DNA of 64,000 nt. It comes from Moniliella sp. 'wahieum' (taxonomy: Eukaryota). The stretch's first letter is position 1; each line of letters opens with the position of its first letter. The notes beneath the pieces were generated by a model that was not told the DNA's origin, did no database searches, and saw only the letters and a program-made list of their open reading frames with translations. The translations under genes and the position numbers were made by a program. Positions 12,001 to 25,569 of this stretch are shown here, piece after piece. Where the stretch lies: NCBI GenBank assembly GCA_003971905.1, contig RSEE01000037.1:124001-188000 (forward strand). The letters are read 5' to 3'.

Positions 12001-14715
12001 TGGAGTAAATGTGGTCCAAAGCCGGTGGACATCAGTAGGATGCGTTTGGTAGGTGTTTGGTAGCTATTTGGTTCCGAATGCCTGGTGCCAGTGGCATCCG
12101 TTGGGTATGGGGAATGAACGGCCGCTATGCGTCAACCTTTTGATATGTTTGGATTTTGTATTGTTGTTGAAAGAGGAGTGGAGGAAATTGGGTGACCACC
12201 TCCCTCCAATCTTTCTTTATGTGCCCCGGACGAATTGGCAATGCGGGGGGTGTAGCCATGGATGGGCCGCTTGATGAACAGTCGCCCCCACTTTCTGCGA
12301 TTCACTTGCGCCGATGCCTTCAGAGATTGCCCCTCGTTGACAATGCCAGACATGTTTCGTTCCTTCATGTGCTGTCCCTAAAAGTATTGACCCACTGTGT
12401 ATGGGGACGAGTGTACCCATTGTGGTGGTGTAGTCAATTTTATGATATTAGTATGCCGATTGTGGCTGTAATTACGTTTTTGGGAGGGAGGGAATGGTGT
12501 GTCTTGGGCTTGAAGGCTTAGGGGCATGTGGGCTTAGGGATGGGCTTGCTTCAAGAGGGCTCCCCCTCCGGGTGGATCAGATTGTAACTGTGTTTTCCGA
12601 AAGCAGAGCAAGAGCCGATACTCCACTTGCCATTCTGCATAAACCATAAGAACCCCATTTACCCGATTACCATCGGCCTGGGTCAATTTCGCACTTCTAA
12701 CTCGTTCATGTCCTTACTTTAGGATCACAGTCATCCCCCTCTTCCTATTTTTCTGACCCTTGTGTTCCCATATAATGGTGTTCCTGCCTTTCTGTCGCTT
12801 GTAAGCAACTTTGGTTTCTGTGACTCCATCGCAACTGCGCCACTTGCCGCATGCATTCGTGGTTGACATGAGGAAGGGATATTGTTAATGGCACACTTTG
12901 AACATCAACCTTGATTCACCAAGTGTAGCTACTACCACCTGGCCGACACTTGTGGCATTCTCATCAGCATTAGTTGCTTTGATGAAAGGACCATCGCTTG
13001 TAATCGCAGTAGTAGTAGTTGGTGTTTGCCATCATTCACCACTGGTATGAGCTATGATACTCATCAGAGAGCCTGACAGATACCGCGAAAGCCATTAACT
13101 GTTCTGCGTCCGCATTAGGTGATGTTCCGCGGTCAGTGAGGAGAAAACATTATGGCTCTTATGAATGGTTTAGCTGTTCTGGAGGGATACGTATTTGGCT
13201 TTCTTTGCTGGTATTACAGTCCATATCGACTACATGGATGTCTTATCGTTTCCCAACTGACAGGGGGCAAATTTAACGCGGGCACCTGGGGCAATCGAGT
13301 CTTCGAAGGGTAACTCTAAGGTCTGCTGGGGCTTCGCCCCGCTATGATGCTGCGTCGCCCCCTTAGCCACCGTTCTACCGTCACCACTTTCCCCGAACCC
13401 CACCACCTTTATCGTGATTTTGCTTCACCCGCAAGAGCCGTCAGTACTCCAAATCTCATTATCCAATTGTTTGGGTTTAACCGTCAAGACGCATGCATTA
13501 ATGATAACCTCTGGCATGCCTGTATCGGTTACTGTTACTGCCTGTAGCGAGTTTAGACCATCCGGTACCGGTCATATTGAGGTTATCTCATCATCATTCA
13601 TCCCGATGGACACACGATTTCATGACCTTGGATGCTGACATCGAAACCGATCAACTGTTCATTTCCTCTGCCTAGCCTATAACAACGCGACATGGTACTG
13701 GACACTACAGCAACTGTTCTCGTTGTCGGAGTATGGGTTGACTGCAGTAAATCAATGTAAGCAGTTTCACTTTGATTGACCATGAATAACAGGACTGCGG
13801 AAAAGGTAAGAGGGTTAGACATACGTATATACGAATTACATGGAATGGTCGGAATGAAGAGATCGGGGATAACATGCACACACCCGGTCCTTCATTAATG
13901 GGTTAAGCATGAACGTTCTACCGCCAATTTCACCTTGGTGTATAATTCATCTCCACCCCATATGAGTAAATGTCCTGATGCCTTATAGTTTCCCCCATCC
14001 GTGAAAAATACGCCTCTTTCTCTCTCCAGTCGGAATATATTTCCGCTAAACCTATCTCATTCATGACAACAGGTAGCAGAATGTTGAGTTCAATAAACCA
14101 AGTGTCCTCGCTAGTCGAATGGATGGATTAAACGTACACGGGAAGCGCTTACATCTCGGCGAAAGGATAACGATAGCCATTCACGATTCTAGAATGATCG
14201 TTTCGATGGCGCACCACCAACTGTCGTTGTAATTGACGACCCCATGCACAACCCTGGGCACGCCCTGTAGGCCACTGTGATTGGCCTAGATGATTCCAGT
14301 GGGCCTCTGCTATGGAAGGATTGCAGCTGTTAATAATTCGATATCCCCAATTCGTAATTCCGGTTGTTCGAGAAATGAAAGCAAAGACCGTTGTTTACTT
14401 GTATGGGCTATTCACGGGGCACGACATCGATATGGGGTTAGCATTTCAGGCTGGCCAGAATAATTATGGTAGATACTTTGGGCTCGTACTTCAAGTCGAC
14501 GGAATTTTCTCATCTCGGAAAAATATAATTTGTGCTGCTCGCATGGCTGGGTCTATACTTGCAAGGCTCAACTGGGGAACTCATGAGAAAAAAGAAATGA
14601 GTCTGTTTGGTCTATCTGTTCACAATTGAGGCATTAATTTGTTTTGGATTGTTTGGACGTGAAACTGACTCTATTAGGGTGTACCGCACCAGTAGATGGA
14701 CAGCTATTATTGCCA

Positions 14716-15012
14716 TAATGAGCCCTGGAGTCCTGATGGTCACTAGGGTGCCAATGGGGGCAATTGCACGTGTATTGGTAGTCTAAGCCAACCATCAACG
14801 CCAACTGGTGGTGGGGGTGGGTGGGGTGGTGGTGGTCAAGCCAAACCGCAACGCCTACAGAGGAACAAAGCCGCGAGTCGCCACCAGGGGCTAAGCGTGG
14901 AACAAGGAAAAAACTGGAGAGAAAAAAACAACGGAACCCAGGCCAGGGAGGACCTTCAGGGGAGGAACTGAAGGGACATTGGCAAAAGCACGAGCCACCC
15001 AATTGGTCAACA
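14716..15012 (-). mobile_element. Degenerate solo LTR of the Copia family, with an internal duplication
   Basis: gcgagtcgccaccaggggctaagc...gaggaactgaagggacattggcaaaagcacgagccacc...tcaaca matches the LTR at 20155; no intact TSD. Confidence 0.85.
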
Positions 15013-15099
15013 GCTACGGCTCCCTTGCTGCGTTATATCCACAGCATCCTGATCTCAATCGGCCGCAACCTAAAGTTGGTTGTAATAACCCACTGAGTC

Positions 15100-16450
15100 T
15101 ATTGCCAGCCACCTTCCTCGTTAGGGCTATTTCTCGATTCCCGCTAGATACCCATGAACTTTCCCCTCGGCGCACAACACTTATCCCACCACTTTGAAGG
15201 CATGAAGAGTGGCCTCAACTTATTAAGCTTCAAGGTTTCGCAAGATTTCGTCTGCAACACAAAACACACTCTTCCTTGTCTCCTCGCATATCCTCATCAC
15301 CTTGTAACTATAGGCGGTGTCGCATCATTGATCGTCCAACCTGTCCCCGTGCGAACGTCATAACTACATCCGGTATATACCACAAGAACGCCCCATATGT
15401 ACTTCTTTTCTAAGCCAGTCTCTGGTGGCTCAAGTGATCAGCAGTCGTACAAATGCGCGCGACAAAATATGCGCCTTCTACCCCAGTGAAAGCTGGTGGC
15501 CACAATAGTCCCATTGAAATGTCATTATCCTTGCGACGATAGACGGCACGTGCCCGTCGTTTACTTTTTTTGCCTTTAATGCACTGTTTCCCATGATCCA
15601 TTGACATGTTGAGTTCACCCCCCGTCCTCACCGATTAATCCAGGACAGGCAACTTCACCACCTCTTATGGCCGCCTTCTCGCCCCCCCACCCTCAACGTC
15701 TCTCAACTTTTTGAGCTGGTCAAGAGTCGCGTGTGTTCTCTTCCCGCCCCATCGAATCATGTCCCAGTCCAATCCCAGCTTTGGCAGTGTTTGGCCTCTA
15801 CTGTCACCTCCCATCCTTAGTAGACCCGGAAGGCGTCAGCCACATATTTACTACTGCCTACGCCGGTAGGCTCATACTAACCAGCCAACTTGGTGATCAA
15901 ACGGTGATCAAGTGGGTCTGAGATCCCGACAAACTGGAACACCAGCAGGCGGCGGCTCAAGAACGAAATGGCCGAAGAACATACCAAAAGCGGCCGTTGC
16001 AAACAGGGGCGGTTCATGATTTATCTCTGTCTCTGTATCCGCTTATGGCCCATGGCACACAACTGTACCGCGACCTGTTGAGCGGGCTCAATCGGGTCGT
16101 CTCTCCAGCCTGCGCCCAACTTAGTGAGATGAGAGAAATGGGTCGTCATTACGGGCCGCGAGGAAAAGGGAGGGCTCAGATATGATGGACTGTGCAATCT
16201 ACACCGAGAGCCCACTTACCCGCATCTCCACCACCTCTCGGTATCCTTTACGGTGACCTCAGATTCAGATATCTGAAAAGGGATGGGCTGTCCTGGGGCG
16301 AGCCCCGACGTAGGATCCGCCCCTGTATAATTTAGAGGTGCAAGCCCTTCCACGGCGAATCGGAACCACCCACGGTTTTGGCGGCACGGCCCCGGATCCA
16401 GGCCGAACCAAGCGGGTGTAGATGCGAGGGAGAGACCCTCGATCAATATT
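15100..16450 (-). pseudogene. Highly decayed Ty3/Gypsy reverse transcriptase relic
   Basis: Minus-strand fragments PIPFQISESE..., YRR..ISMGLLWPPAF and LKLNKL...KVVG appear in the order expected for Gypsy RT; many stops. Confidence 0.3.
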
Positions 16451-17809
16451 ATAGTTTGGGTGGCTGCCTGCGTACCAAAAGGCCGCAGCTCAAGCTTTCC
16501 CAGGAGCCAATAGAAGCGGTCGTCAAAAGACCTGTTGAATGGGGTTCATATACTCCAAGGTAACGTGGGGTACGTCACAATTACAACACTCGACGCCGTA
16601 GTCGAAATCAGATGATGGAGTCATAGGTGAAGAGCAAGTCCTACTTACAAGATAACCACGATCGACGTGAGTCATAACTTCGTCAGCGCAAGGATGAAGG
16701 AATCAAAGCTGAAGAAGAGAGAGGGCAGAACGGCGTCCAAAGTGTAAACCAGAAGGGGTGCAGAGAGATAGGTTGGCCGGTAAGCATCCGGATGGTCAAT
16801 AAGAAAATCAGAGCTATAGCGAGCCTTAGACAGAGCTGCTTATACGATTCAGAAGGGATCAGATCTCAGGATAGATAGAAACAGGATGTGGGAGCTTTCC
16901 AGAGAGACAAAGGATAAAACGCCACCCATCATGTTTTCAATAATGGCTGCCAAGACTGGGCGCGACGGGTATATAAACCGCACAAAAACCTAACCCCTAC
17001 GTCCCCGGAGAAGCTGCTTATTGCCGCGCGATAGATGTCCTTATCATCCAACTATCCAACTCCAAAACCGTTGGGGCTCACCGGCGCCGGCCGCTGCGGT
17101 GTCTCTCGCCTGTTAAACCAGCCTGCTCCGACATCTCCCGAACCACACCAAACCAGCCAGCGGGTTCTTCGCACGCAGGGGCTCGACCGTTTCCGGCCCA
17201 ACCCCACCGCCGCATCCTTGGGACGCAGCATACGCACAGCACGCCCCAGCATGCCCTCTTGGACATGGCGGTGTACACGAGTCAAATCATCGGAACGCCA
17301 GCGCTCTGCAGAGCCCTTCTCCATATAGCTGGCGGCCAAGCCACCTCCGGATAGGCCTTGAGGGTGGCACAAGCGTCGTACTGATGAGCCCCCCATGCGA
17401 CCATGTCTCGCCGCAAAGAGCTGAGTGGATAAGGTGCGCCCTGACTTTCTCTCGCTAGTTTAACGGGATTGTGGCGTGTGTTTGGATGAGATGTCTAAGT
17501 ACATGCGGGGCTCTGCATCCGGTCATCATGATCTGACTGCCTGTAACATGATGCATGAGAATAGTGCAACTGAAAGACAGACGCACAGCACACCACCACA
17601 ATCTACCTCGGCTTCGAGAGGCAACAAGGCGTTGGCGTTGTAAGCCGACAATCCACCACTCCAATGCCATGAGCTTGTGGGCATGCAGGCGTTGGGGCGT
17701 CTCCGTCTATACGCAGAAAAATGGCATAATTGCATTGCGCCTCTGTATACACATTCCAGCAAACAAAGGCTGTCCATCCCCTCCCCTTAGTAGTCGAGCA
17801 GCGGGCTGC

Positions 17810-19361
17810 TTATGGCTTCACCACCTCCTTCACCCCCGGAAGCGGGAATTGAGTAGCGAACGCCTCGACGCGTGGGCCAGGTCGAGGAGACGCGTGCGCG
17901 CAGGCGAGTTACCAGTAGTGGCCTGAGCCCAGAAGGCTTTGAGCAACTTACTGCCCGCCTCCTCCTGGAGTGCCTGAGCGATCTGTACCAGCTCATGCAG
18001 CATGTCGCCCACCACCTCCATATCCTTCTCAACCATGTCGCGCGATGTGAGCGCCGGCGTGCCAATCCGCACGCCGCGCGGCGTCACTGCCGACACGTCC
18101 CCCGACACGGCATTCTTGTTGAGTGTCACATGGGCCAGGTCCGCCAACTTCTCAACCTTGCTACCCGTCAGGCCCAGCGGGCGCAAGTCCCACAGCAGCA
18201 AGTGGTTCGCCGTCCCGCCCGTCTGGAGTTTGTGGCCATACGACGCCAAACGCTTTCCGAGCGCCTGGGCATTCTTGATGGTTTGCGTGGCGTAGGCCTT
18301 GAACTCGGGAGTGGCCACCTGCTTGAGCGCCACAGCGATCCCGCCAATGGCGTGGTTGTGCGGGCCGCCCTGCAAGCCCGGGAAGACAGCGGCGTTGACT
18401 TTGTCCTCGAGGGCGCCATCGTACCGGTCTTTGCGGAAAAGATCAAGCCGGCGCGAGGTCCACGGAGGGTTTGTGGGTGGTGGTGGTCACCACGTCGCAC
18501 ACCTCAAACGGCGAGCGCTGCACGCCGGCGGCCACCAGACCGGAGATGTGAGCCATGTCGGACAGTAGGTACGCGCCCCCAACGTCCTTGGCAATCTGGG
18601 CGAGCCGCTCGTACTCCCACTCGGCCGGATAGGCGGAACCGCCACAGACAATCATCTTGGGCTTGAAGGTGGCCGCGGTGGCAGCCAGCGCATCGTAGTC
18701 GACCAGCCCCGTTTCCTTGTCGACTGAGTACGGGTAGGACTGGAAGTAGATCGAGGAGGCAGAGATCTTCTTGGTGGCGGTGTAATGACCGTGAGTCAGA
18801 TGGCCGCCGTGGCTCAGGCCGAGGCCCATGAAGCGGTCCTGCGGCTGGAGGAGCGCGGTGAAGGCGGCCAGGTTGGCGGGGCTGCCCGAGTAGGGTTGCA
18901 CATTCACGCCCCACACTGCCGGATCAAGATCGAACGCGGCGAGGGCTCGTTTCTGGCACAGCCGCTCCAGCTCGTCAATCACCTCGTTCCCGCCGTAGTA
19001 GCGAGCACCAGGCAGGCCCTCAGAGTACTTGTTGGTGAGGATCGACCCGGACGCCTCCATGACTGCGGCGGAGGTGAGGTTCTCGCTCGCGATCAGTTCG
19101 AGCCCGCGGAACTGGCGGTAGGTCTCCCGCTGAATCAGCTTTGCCACCTCGGGATCGGCCTCAGCGAGGGGCGCGTAGAGAACCTTGTTCTGGATGGAGC
19201 AGAAGAAAGCAGTCAGCCCAGCAGAAAGCGCGCGATGGCAGGGGGTGTCAACGCACGTAGGCAGGCGTCGCCTGGCGCCGCAGCGCCGTCGCCGACAGAT
19301 GGCGCACGCCGGCGGCTGGGGAGGCCAACGACAGCAGCGGACGGGCACGGAGAGCAAACAT
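17810..19361 (-). CDS. SHMT: Serine hydroxymethyltransferase with N-terminal mitochondrial presequence (apparent frameshifts)
   Basis: Motifs [63 protein letters not shown](T)[24 protein letters not shown]. Exon 1 (19257-19361) is [10 protein letters not shown]...; intron 19190-19256. Confidence 0.96.
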
Positions 19362-20154
19362 GGTGGAGGAAGGGGAGGAAGAGGCAGCGGAGAAGAACGC
19401 AGGCCAAGATGCGTTTCCCCCCAAACGCATGTCGCCGTGCTCCAAACCGGCCCATCACTGGATCTGCTGCGTCACCGCGTCACCGGCTAACCAGAATGCG
19501 CCGACGCACGGACATCCGAATTCTTAGGTAACCGGCAGTAACCGTATTGAGGCTTCACCGTGAAGTCACGTCCGAAAGCTGCTCTGTGCGTTTCAAGCAC
19601 ACGCACTTCCACACACCATGTTACTACTTCCCATCCCCACCCCCTCTCACACGCCCATCTCCGTCGGAATGCCACGCATCAGGCCCCCTTGGCATAGCCG
19701 CCATGTCAGGCTTGATCTACTAAGCCGTGTCGTAACCTGCCGCGGCTGCAGAACATTTGCTCGATCGGCCGCGGCAACAAGAATGACACTCTGATCAACA
19801 CCCTACACTCCGTCATGCATCGTGGCAACGAACAAGGCTTGGCACATAGAAAGCATCGACCCCTGTTCCTCCTTCTCCGCCTCCTCCTCGTTCTGGCGGG
19901 TTAGCTTTGAACATGCTCAGCTTTGAACATGAGGATCAACAACTTCCTGCACCAGATTTGACATGGGTTTGCTGTCCGATACTGGTGCCATTTTGCACAC
20001 AGACTAACTTGAACACTGGACGACGGTTTATAGGGGCGGGATACGAAGTTATTTGGGTCACACTGTGGGTTTGACCCTCTTCTATATTATCCTCGAGCCC
20101 CCCCACCCCCGTTGAAGTACTGTGCAATGACAGCGGTTACTCTAGTACGACGAC

Positions 20155-20384
20155 TGATGAGACCTGGAGTCCAGATGGTCCTCGAGGGTGATGCAATCGC
20201 ACTAGTGGTGGTGGTGGTCTAAGCCAACCAGCAACGCCTACCGAGGAACATCAAGCAGCGAGTCGCCACCAGGGGCTAAGCTGCGGAACAAGGAAAAACA
20301 GGAGAGAGAAAAAACAACGGAACTCCTAGGCCTGAGGAGGAACTGAAGGGACATTGGCCAAAGCACGAGCCACCTGGCTCAACA
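20155..20384 (-). repeat. Copia 3' LTR
   Basis: 230 bp, preceded on the minus strand by a GGGGGG purine run (PPT-like). Confidence 0.97.
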
Positions 20385-20449
20385 CCCCCCGGGCCAAGGG
20401 ACCAAAGGAAACCCGTAGGCCAAAACAAGTTAAGAAGAAACGAAACGAG

Positions 20450-23400
20450 AGAAAGGGGAGCCAAATCGAATTGTTGAGATGTGGAAAGGAGTTTGGGAAG
20501 ACCAACAGGTTTGGTGAACCAATCAGATAAATGATCCACGCCCGGGACATGATGAACGACAAGCTCGCCACAATGGATGCGTTCGCGCACCTCGTGGTAC
20601 CACACATCGATCTCGCGGATCTTACCCAGGCTGCCAAGCTTCTCGGCAAGAGCCTTGGCTGCAGTGTTGTCCACAAAGAGCTGAATCGGGTGTGCAGCAG
20701 AACAAATGCCCAGCTCAAAAAGAATGTTGCGCACAAAGAGTGCATCGCGCAAACCATCACCCATGGCCAAGTATTCGGAAGCGGCTGTGTTGCTCACCCT
20801 TGGTTCTGTGTCTTGGTATTCCACGAGACAGGCACACCATACACAAACACAACGTACCCGGAAACAGATCGTGAGCAGCGCTTGTCCGAAGCAAAAGAAG
20901 CATCCGTATGTAGTTCAAGGAGGGGTCTTGCGCGGTCAGGTGTTAAGCGGAGAGAATGGTCAGCAGTACCCTTCAGGTATCGCAACAAGCCAACGACAGC
21001 GTCACGGTGAGCACGAGAAGGGTCATCTAAGAAACGAGCCAAGAAGGTGGCGGCAAACAAGGTGTCGGGACGAGACATGCGAGCCGACCACATGGCAGAC
21101 CCGACCATAGAACGGTAGGCGTGATTCTCGTCGCGTGTGGATCGTGGTTCGTGGTTGGGGCGTAGGGGAGGAGGAAGAGTGTGACTGAGCGGGAGACGTC
21201 GAGGATGGTCGTGAATCATGTCGTGGGTGGCAAGCGTTTCAGCAATGAATTTGGGTTGGCTCACGTAGAGGCGCCCATCAATGCGGTCGTACTGGCACCC
21301 GAGATGGAAACGAAGTGGGCCATTGGATTTAATCTCGATATGACGTCGAAGCTCAACAAGGAAGGAGTCGTGGACGTCCGCCGAACGGCAAGCAACAAGA
21401 AAATCGTCAGTGTGGATGGCCAATAGAATGAGATCCAAGGATTGGGTACGACGAATGAATGAAAAGGCAAGGCTCCGACTTGAGACTGGTAAAGCCAAGA
21501 CGGTCACAAAGAAAAGTACGCAACCAATCACCAAAATTCGCTCCACTTTGATGGAGACCATAAAGACTCTTCTTCAGTTTCCAACACTTGCCTTTCCCTT
21601 CTGGGAAAAAGGGAGGCGGCCTAACATAGACCTCTTCGGTCACGTCCGCATATAGGTATGCCGCCTCAACGTCGGCTGTAAAGAGCTGGAGCCCTTCCGC
21701 CTCTGAGACGGCGATCAAAGTATTGACGGCGGAGGTGCGAACCGCGGGAGCAAATGACTTGGTCCATGATCCGGGAAGCTGCCGATGTCCTCCTACTACA
21801 TAACGCGCACGATACTTGACAAAGCGACCCTCAGCATCCGTCTTGGTACTGAGGACCCAAATACCGGGTAACACACGTGCCCCCGGAGGAATGGGCACCA
21901 CCTCCTTCACCTTGCGAGAATCGAAACGCGCCAGTTCAACGCGCATGGCAGCAAGGACATCATCAAATGCAGGGTGGCCGACGAGAGCCCGCACGGACTT
22001 GGGCGCCAATGGAACACCATCGGTGGTAAGAAGGAGTGCGTCCTCGTCTCGCGCGTGGTCGAGAGCAAGGGCAAGAGGAGGTTGAGTGCGGTCCGAGTCG
22101 GGGATCATGGAAGTATTGGGCATGGGACCGAAGATGTTGACAAAAGTGGGTAAGTCAAGAGTGGAAAGTGAGACAGGAGGATGAAAGAGGGTGGGGACCT
22201 GTAGAGCAAGGGGAATGAAAGATGGATCCTGGGGGTTATCGGGAGCAGGATGAGATAGATCAAGGGGAGGGGCGTGGAGTCGTGCTCGGCGTCCGGGATT
22301 ACGACGCAGCGCAGGTTGTTGTTGGTTAGGAACAGGGACGGCATCAGTAGGAGGTGGGGATACAATGGGAGGAGTAGGAGGAGGATGGGCTACAGTAGGA
22401 GGAGCAGGGAAAGTCGGAAGGTTTGGGGAACTTGCGTCCGGTGCCTCCTCAACCCCCCCGGTCCCGGGAGGAGAAACAATGTTAGAAGGAATAATAAGGT
22501 TGAAATGTGTGGGATGCTCTGCAGTGTAAGACAGGTTGGTCCACTTGAACGGTTTCTTCCAGCGATAGTAAACTAGGCCAGGGCCGCCATGCAGAGCAAA
22601 AAGCCAACCCTTACTACCACGGCGCTCGTCGTATCCGATGAGCATGGCAGGAACAGCCCGCGGACCCAACTTGCCGCCGTCACGCTGGTTGGGAAAAAGG
22701 TGAAGGTATGCTAGGGTACCGAAACCATGCATAGGAAGGGAGGGAGGGAAATCGTGGTAACGTACAAAACGGCTATTGCCCCCCCAACCCTTCGGAGGCA
22801 CAAGGTTGTGTGTGTACGCCGCAGCGTGAAGAGCATGATGCCACCAATCTTCGGGATCCAGGCGAGTAGAAGCGAGCAAAGTGCGAGCACGATCCATGAT
22901 GGATCGGATCGCTCGTTCGGCGATACCATTTGAAGCACTTTCACCTGGATTGGTGGTTTCGGTCACGATACCTTGTTCGGCGTAAAAATCGATCATAGCG
23001 GAGGTCAATTCTGGAGCATTGTCGGAGCGGACCACCTGGAGGGGTCTTTCAGGGTGCTGACGCTGCTCACGGGTAATAAAGTGGCGAAGAGAGGCAGTGG
23101 CTTCACCTTTGGAAGAAAGAGGAAGGAAGAAGAAAACGTACCGGGTGAAGTCGTCAACGATAACTAAACCCCACCCGTGTCCCCCGCCACCTTGGCGAGG
23201 AATGTCGACCACATCGATGTGGATCAAGGAAAAAGGGCGGGTGGTGCGGGTAGCGTAGCAGTTGGAGAAAGGGAATGAGGAGGGGCTGTGGCATGCGAGA
23301 GAATACAGGAAGGGCAATGCCAGTGGGGACGAATAGTCGCTACATCTTGAGGCAGAACACGATAAGGAAGGGACATGGATGCGGTTAAGTGTGGGAGCTG

Positions 23401-23923
23401 GTCAAGGGCGATATGGTTCCACTGTTCATGGACACGTCGAACCTTGTCCAAAACAGTAGAGGGTTCGATTGAAAAGGCATTGTGGGAAGGGGAAGGGGAA
23501 GGGGCAGGGGAAGGAGAAGGAGAAGAGGGAGATAGAAGTGGTTCGATAAACATTTTGTAGCTAGCGTCCGTAACAAGGGGGAATGTCACCCGTTCGGTAA
23601 AGGTAGATGCCTTGGCCCCATGCTGCCACTAAACTCTCGATCCCGGCCATCGAGAGTTGGTACGCACTGACCAAGTTGTAAGGAAAAGAAGAACAATAGA
23701 AAGAGTCGGAGAGTTGAACATACAGGGGAGGACCGGTACAGGTATGGATATAGAAAGAGACAGTGCCAATGCCATCGGCTTGCACTACCCGTCCATCTGC
23801 AAGGACTATAGGAGCACGACTAGGACGTAGTGAGGTAAATGCGTTCCTATCCTTGAAGACAGACGGGCGCGCGCCCGAATCATGTTGCGCAGGGAGGGTG
23901 GCTGGCGAAGTCCCCGCGCCGTC
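20450..23923 (-). CDS. pol: Copia pol (PR-IN-RT-RH), split by indels; 3' end approximate
   Basis: ORFs 23561-23785, 23224-23589, 21407-23317, 20794-21561 and 20276-20824 carry consecutive domain motifs. Confidence 0.9.
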
Positions 23924-25569
23924 CTATTCAGGCTGATGAGAAGGAGAGATACTGGACGCACTGGAAGCGTTGGTAGGAATAGGCGGGAAATGTAGGGGTC
24001 CCCCGGAAAAAGTAGCGTTTGGGTATGCTGCCACAGAAGGACCCGAAACAGGAGTCACAGTGTTAGCAGCAGTCCAATTGGCGGCACCTGGAGATCCGTA
24101 AGCCACAGTCCCACCTCCACGTTGACCAGACCCTGAGCCAGGTGCCCCACTCCATTGGGAAGAGCCCCCCTTGCGAGACGACCCGCCACCCTGAGATGTA
24201 CTGGTATGAGAAGGCTTTCGACCACCTGAGCCCTGCGTTACAGGCTTGTTCGGAAGAGACGATGACGAATGTGCTGCCGGACGGCTCGAAACCAACATCA
24301 ATAGCTGGTCGTAGTTCGTGTGAGGGGTGAATGCCACAAACGTTGGATCCTGGAGACCATTAAGTAAAAAAGAACGGAGGACTTCCTCAGGAAAGGGACG
24401 ACCCAAACGCACTTCCAGTTTGTAAACCAGACTGCGGTGCCGCTCCACGTATGTGGATCCTGTCGAAGACCCGAGACGAAGGTCAAGAAGCTGCCGGATA
24501 ATATCACAATGTTCGGCCGGTGACGATTGACCGAAACGTTGTAATAGGATACGGAAAAGTACGGAAGCCAGGCCGTTAGTAACAGAATATGGAACAGACG
24601 CGCTAACATTGCGGTGCAAGTGAGCCAAGAGAGGAGCGTGTAGTTTGTGATCCAGTAAGCGATTGTAATGGGGATCAGCTTCTCCAGTTTGAATCAAATC
24701 ACGAGCACCGGCGACCGCATCGTCAAGTCTGCCCAGAATCAAGTCTGCCCAAGGCCAGAAATCTTGTCCCACCTTGTACTTGTCCACAACGTTGACGCTT
24801 CGGGTAATTTTGGCCAAGGCTGGGAAGGGCTCCGGGTTAGAAGGCAAGGACGGCGCCACGGACGAAACATTGCCGGCGGGTGCTCCGGGCGGCCAATCAT
24901 CGATAACCTTCATAGCAGCGGCAATGCCCACGTCAGTACCCCAACGTTTCTCGGCTGTAGTCACGAGAAATTCGGGGGATGCGCCTGAACGGAAAAGATT
25001 AGTTAAACTTGACAAGATTGCATCGTCAATCGGAGGAGGAAGGGATGGTGTCGTTGTTGCCACAGGAGTATGAACAATGGATTCGTCGTGGGACACAGGT
25101 GACGCGACCGGCCGTGGTGTCGCAACGGGATCCTCCGGTCCCGATATTGCGGAAGATTGTTGGGAAGAAGAAGCGGAGAACCAAAACGGTTCGCAAAAAC
25201 GCGTCAAAGTGCGATGAAACAGACTACGCAATTCGTCAAAGAGACGCACGACAGTCGACTGGACAGAGGGATCGCTGGGAAGTCGCTTAGCAGTATCGCC
25301 GACCATTGTCACGACCTTTTGCTCAACAGCTGATAGTTTGCCGTAGATAAGTGTGAGACGGGTTCGAAAATCAGACGCATTGTTTTTGGCACCAAAGGAC
25401 TGTGACCCTCAAGAATATGGTAAAGGGCTTGGTATTGGCTCAGTTGTTCGTCGGCCAATTGCGAGGCACGCGTGAAAGTAAGGCCGTCTTTAGGAAAAGG
25501 GGACGGAAGGTGCTGGTCGGCCCAGTCCGGGTTCGACAGCTGAGGGGTAGGAAGGGAAATGGCACTCAT
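23924..25569 (-). CDS. gag: Copia gag (one apparent frameshift near 25310), ending in TAG
   Basis: 462-aa ORF with gag-like segments LFRILLQRFGQSS, YVERHRSLVYKLE, FLLNGL; the upstream part MSAISLPTPQ is in an overlapping frame. Confidence 0.8.

Noticed and set aside
9400..13300. Short ORFs inside and next to TIR element B
   Set aside because: No recognisable transposase or other domain; many stops, probably decayed TE sequence
13880..14330. Possible decayed fungal kinase (LQGVPRVVH, IHQGEIGGRTFML on minus)
   Set aside because: Motifs are too degenerate and interrupted by stops to support a call
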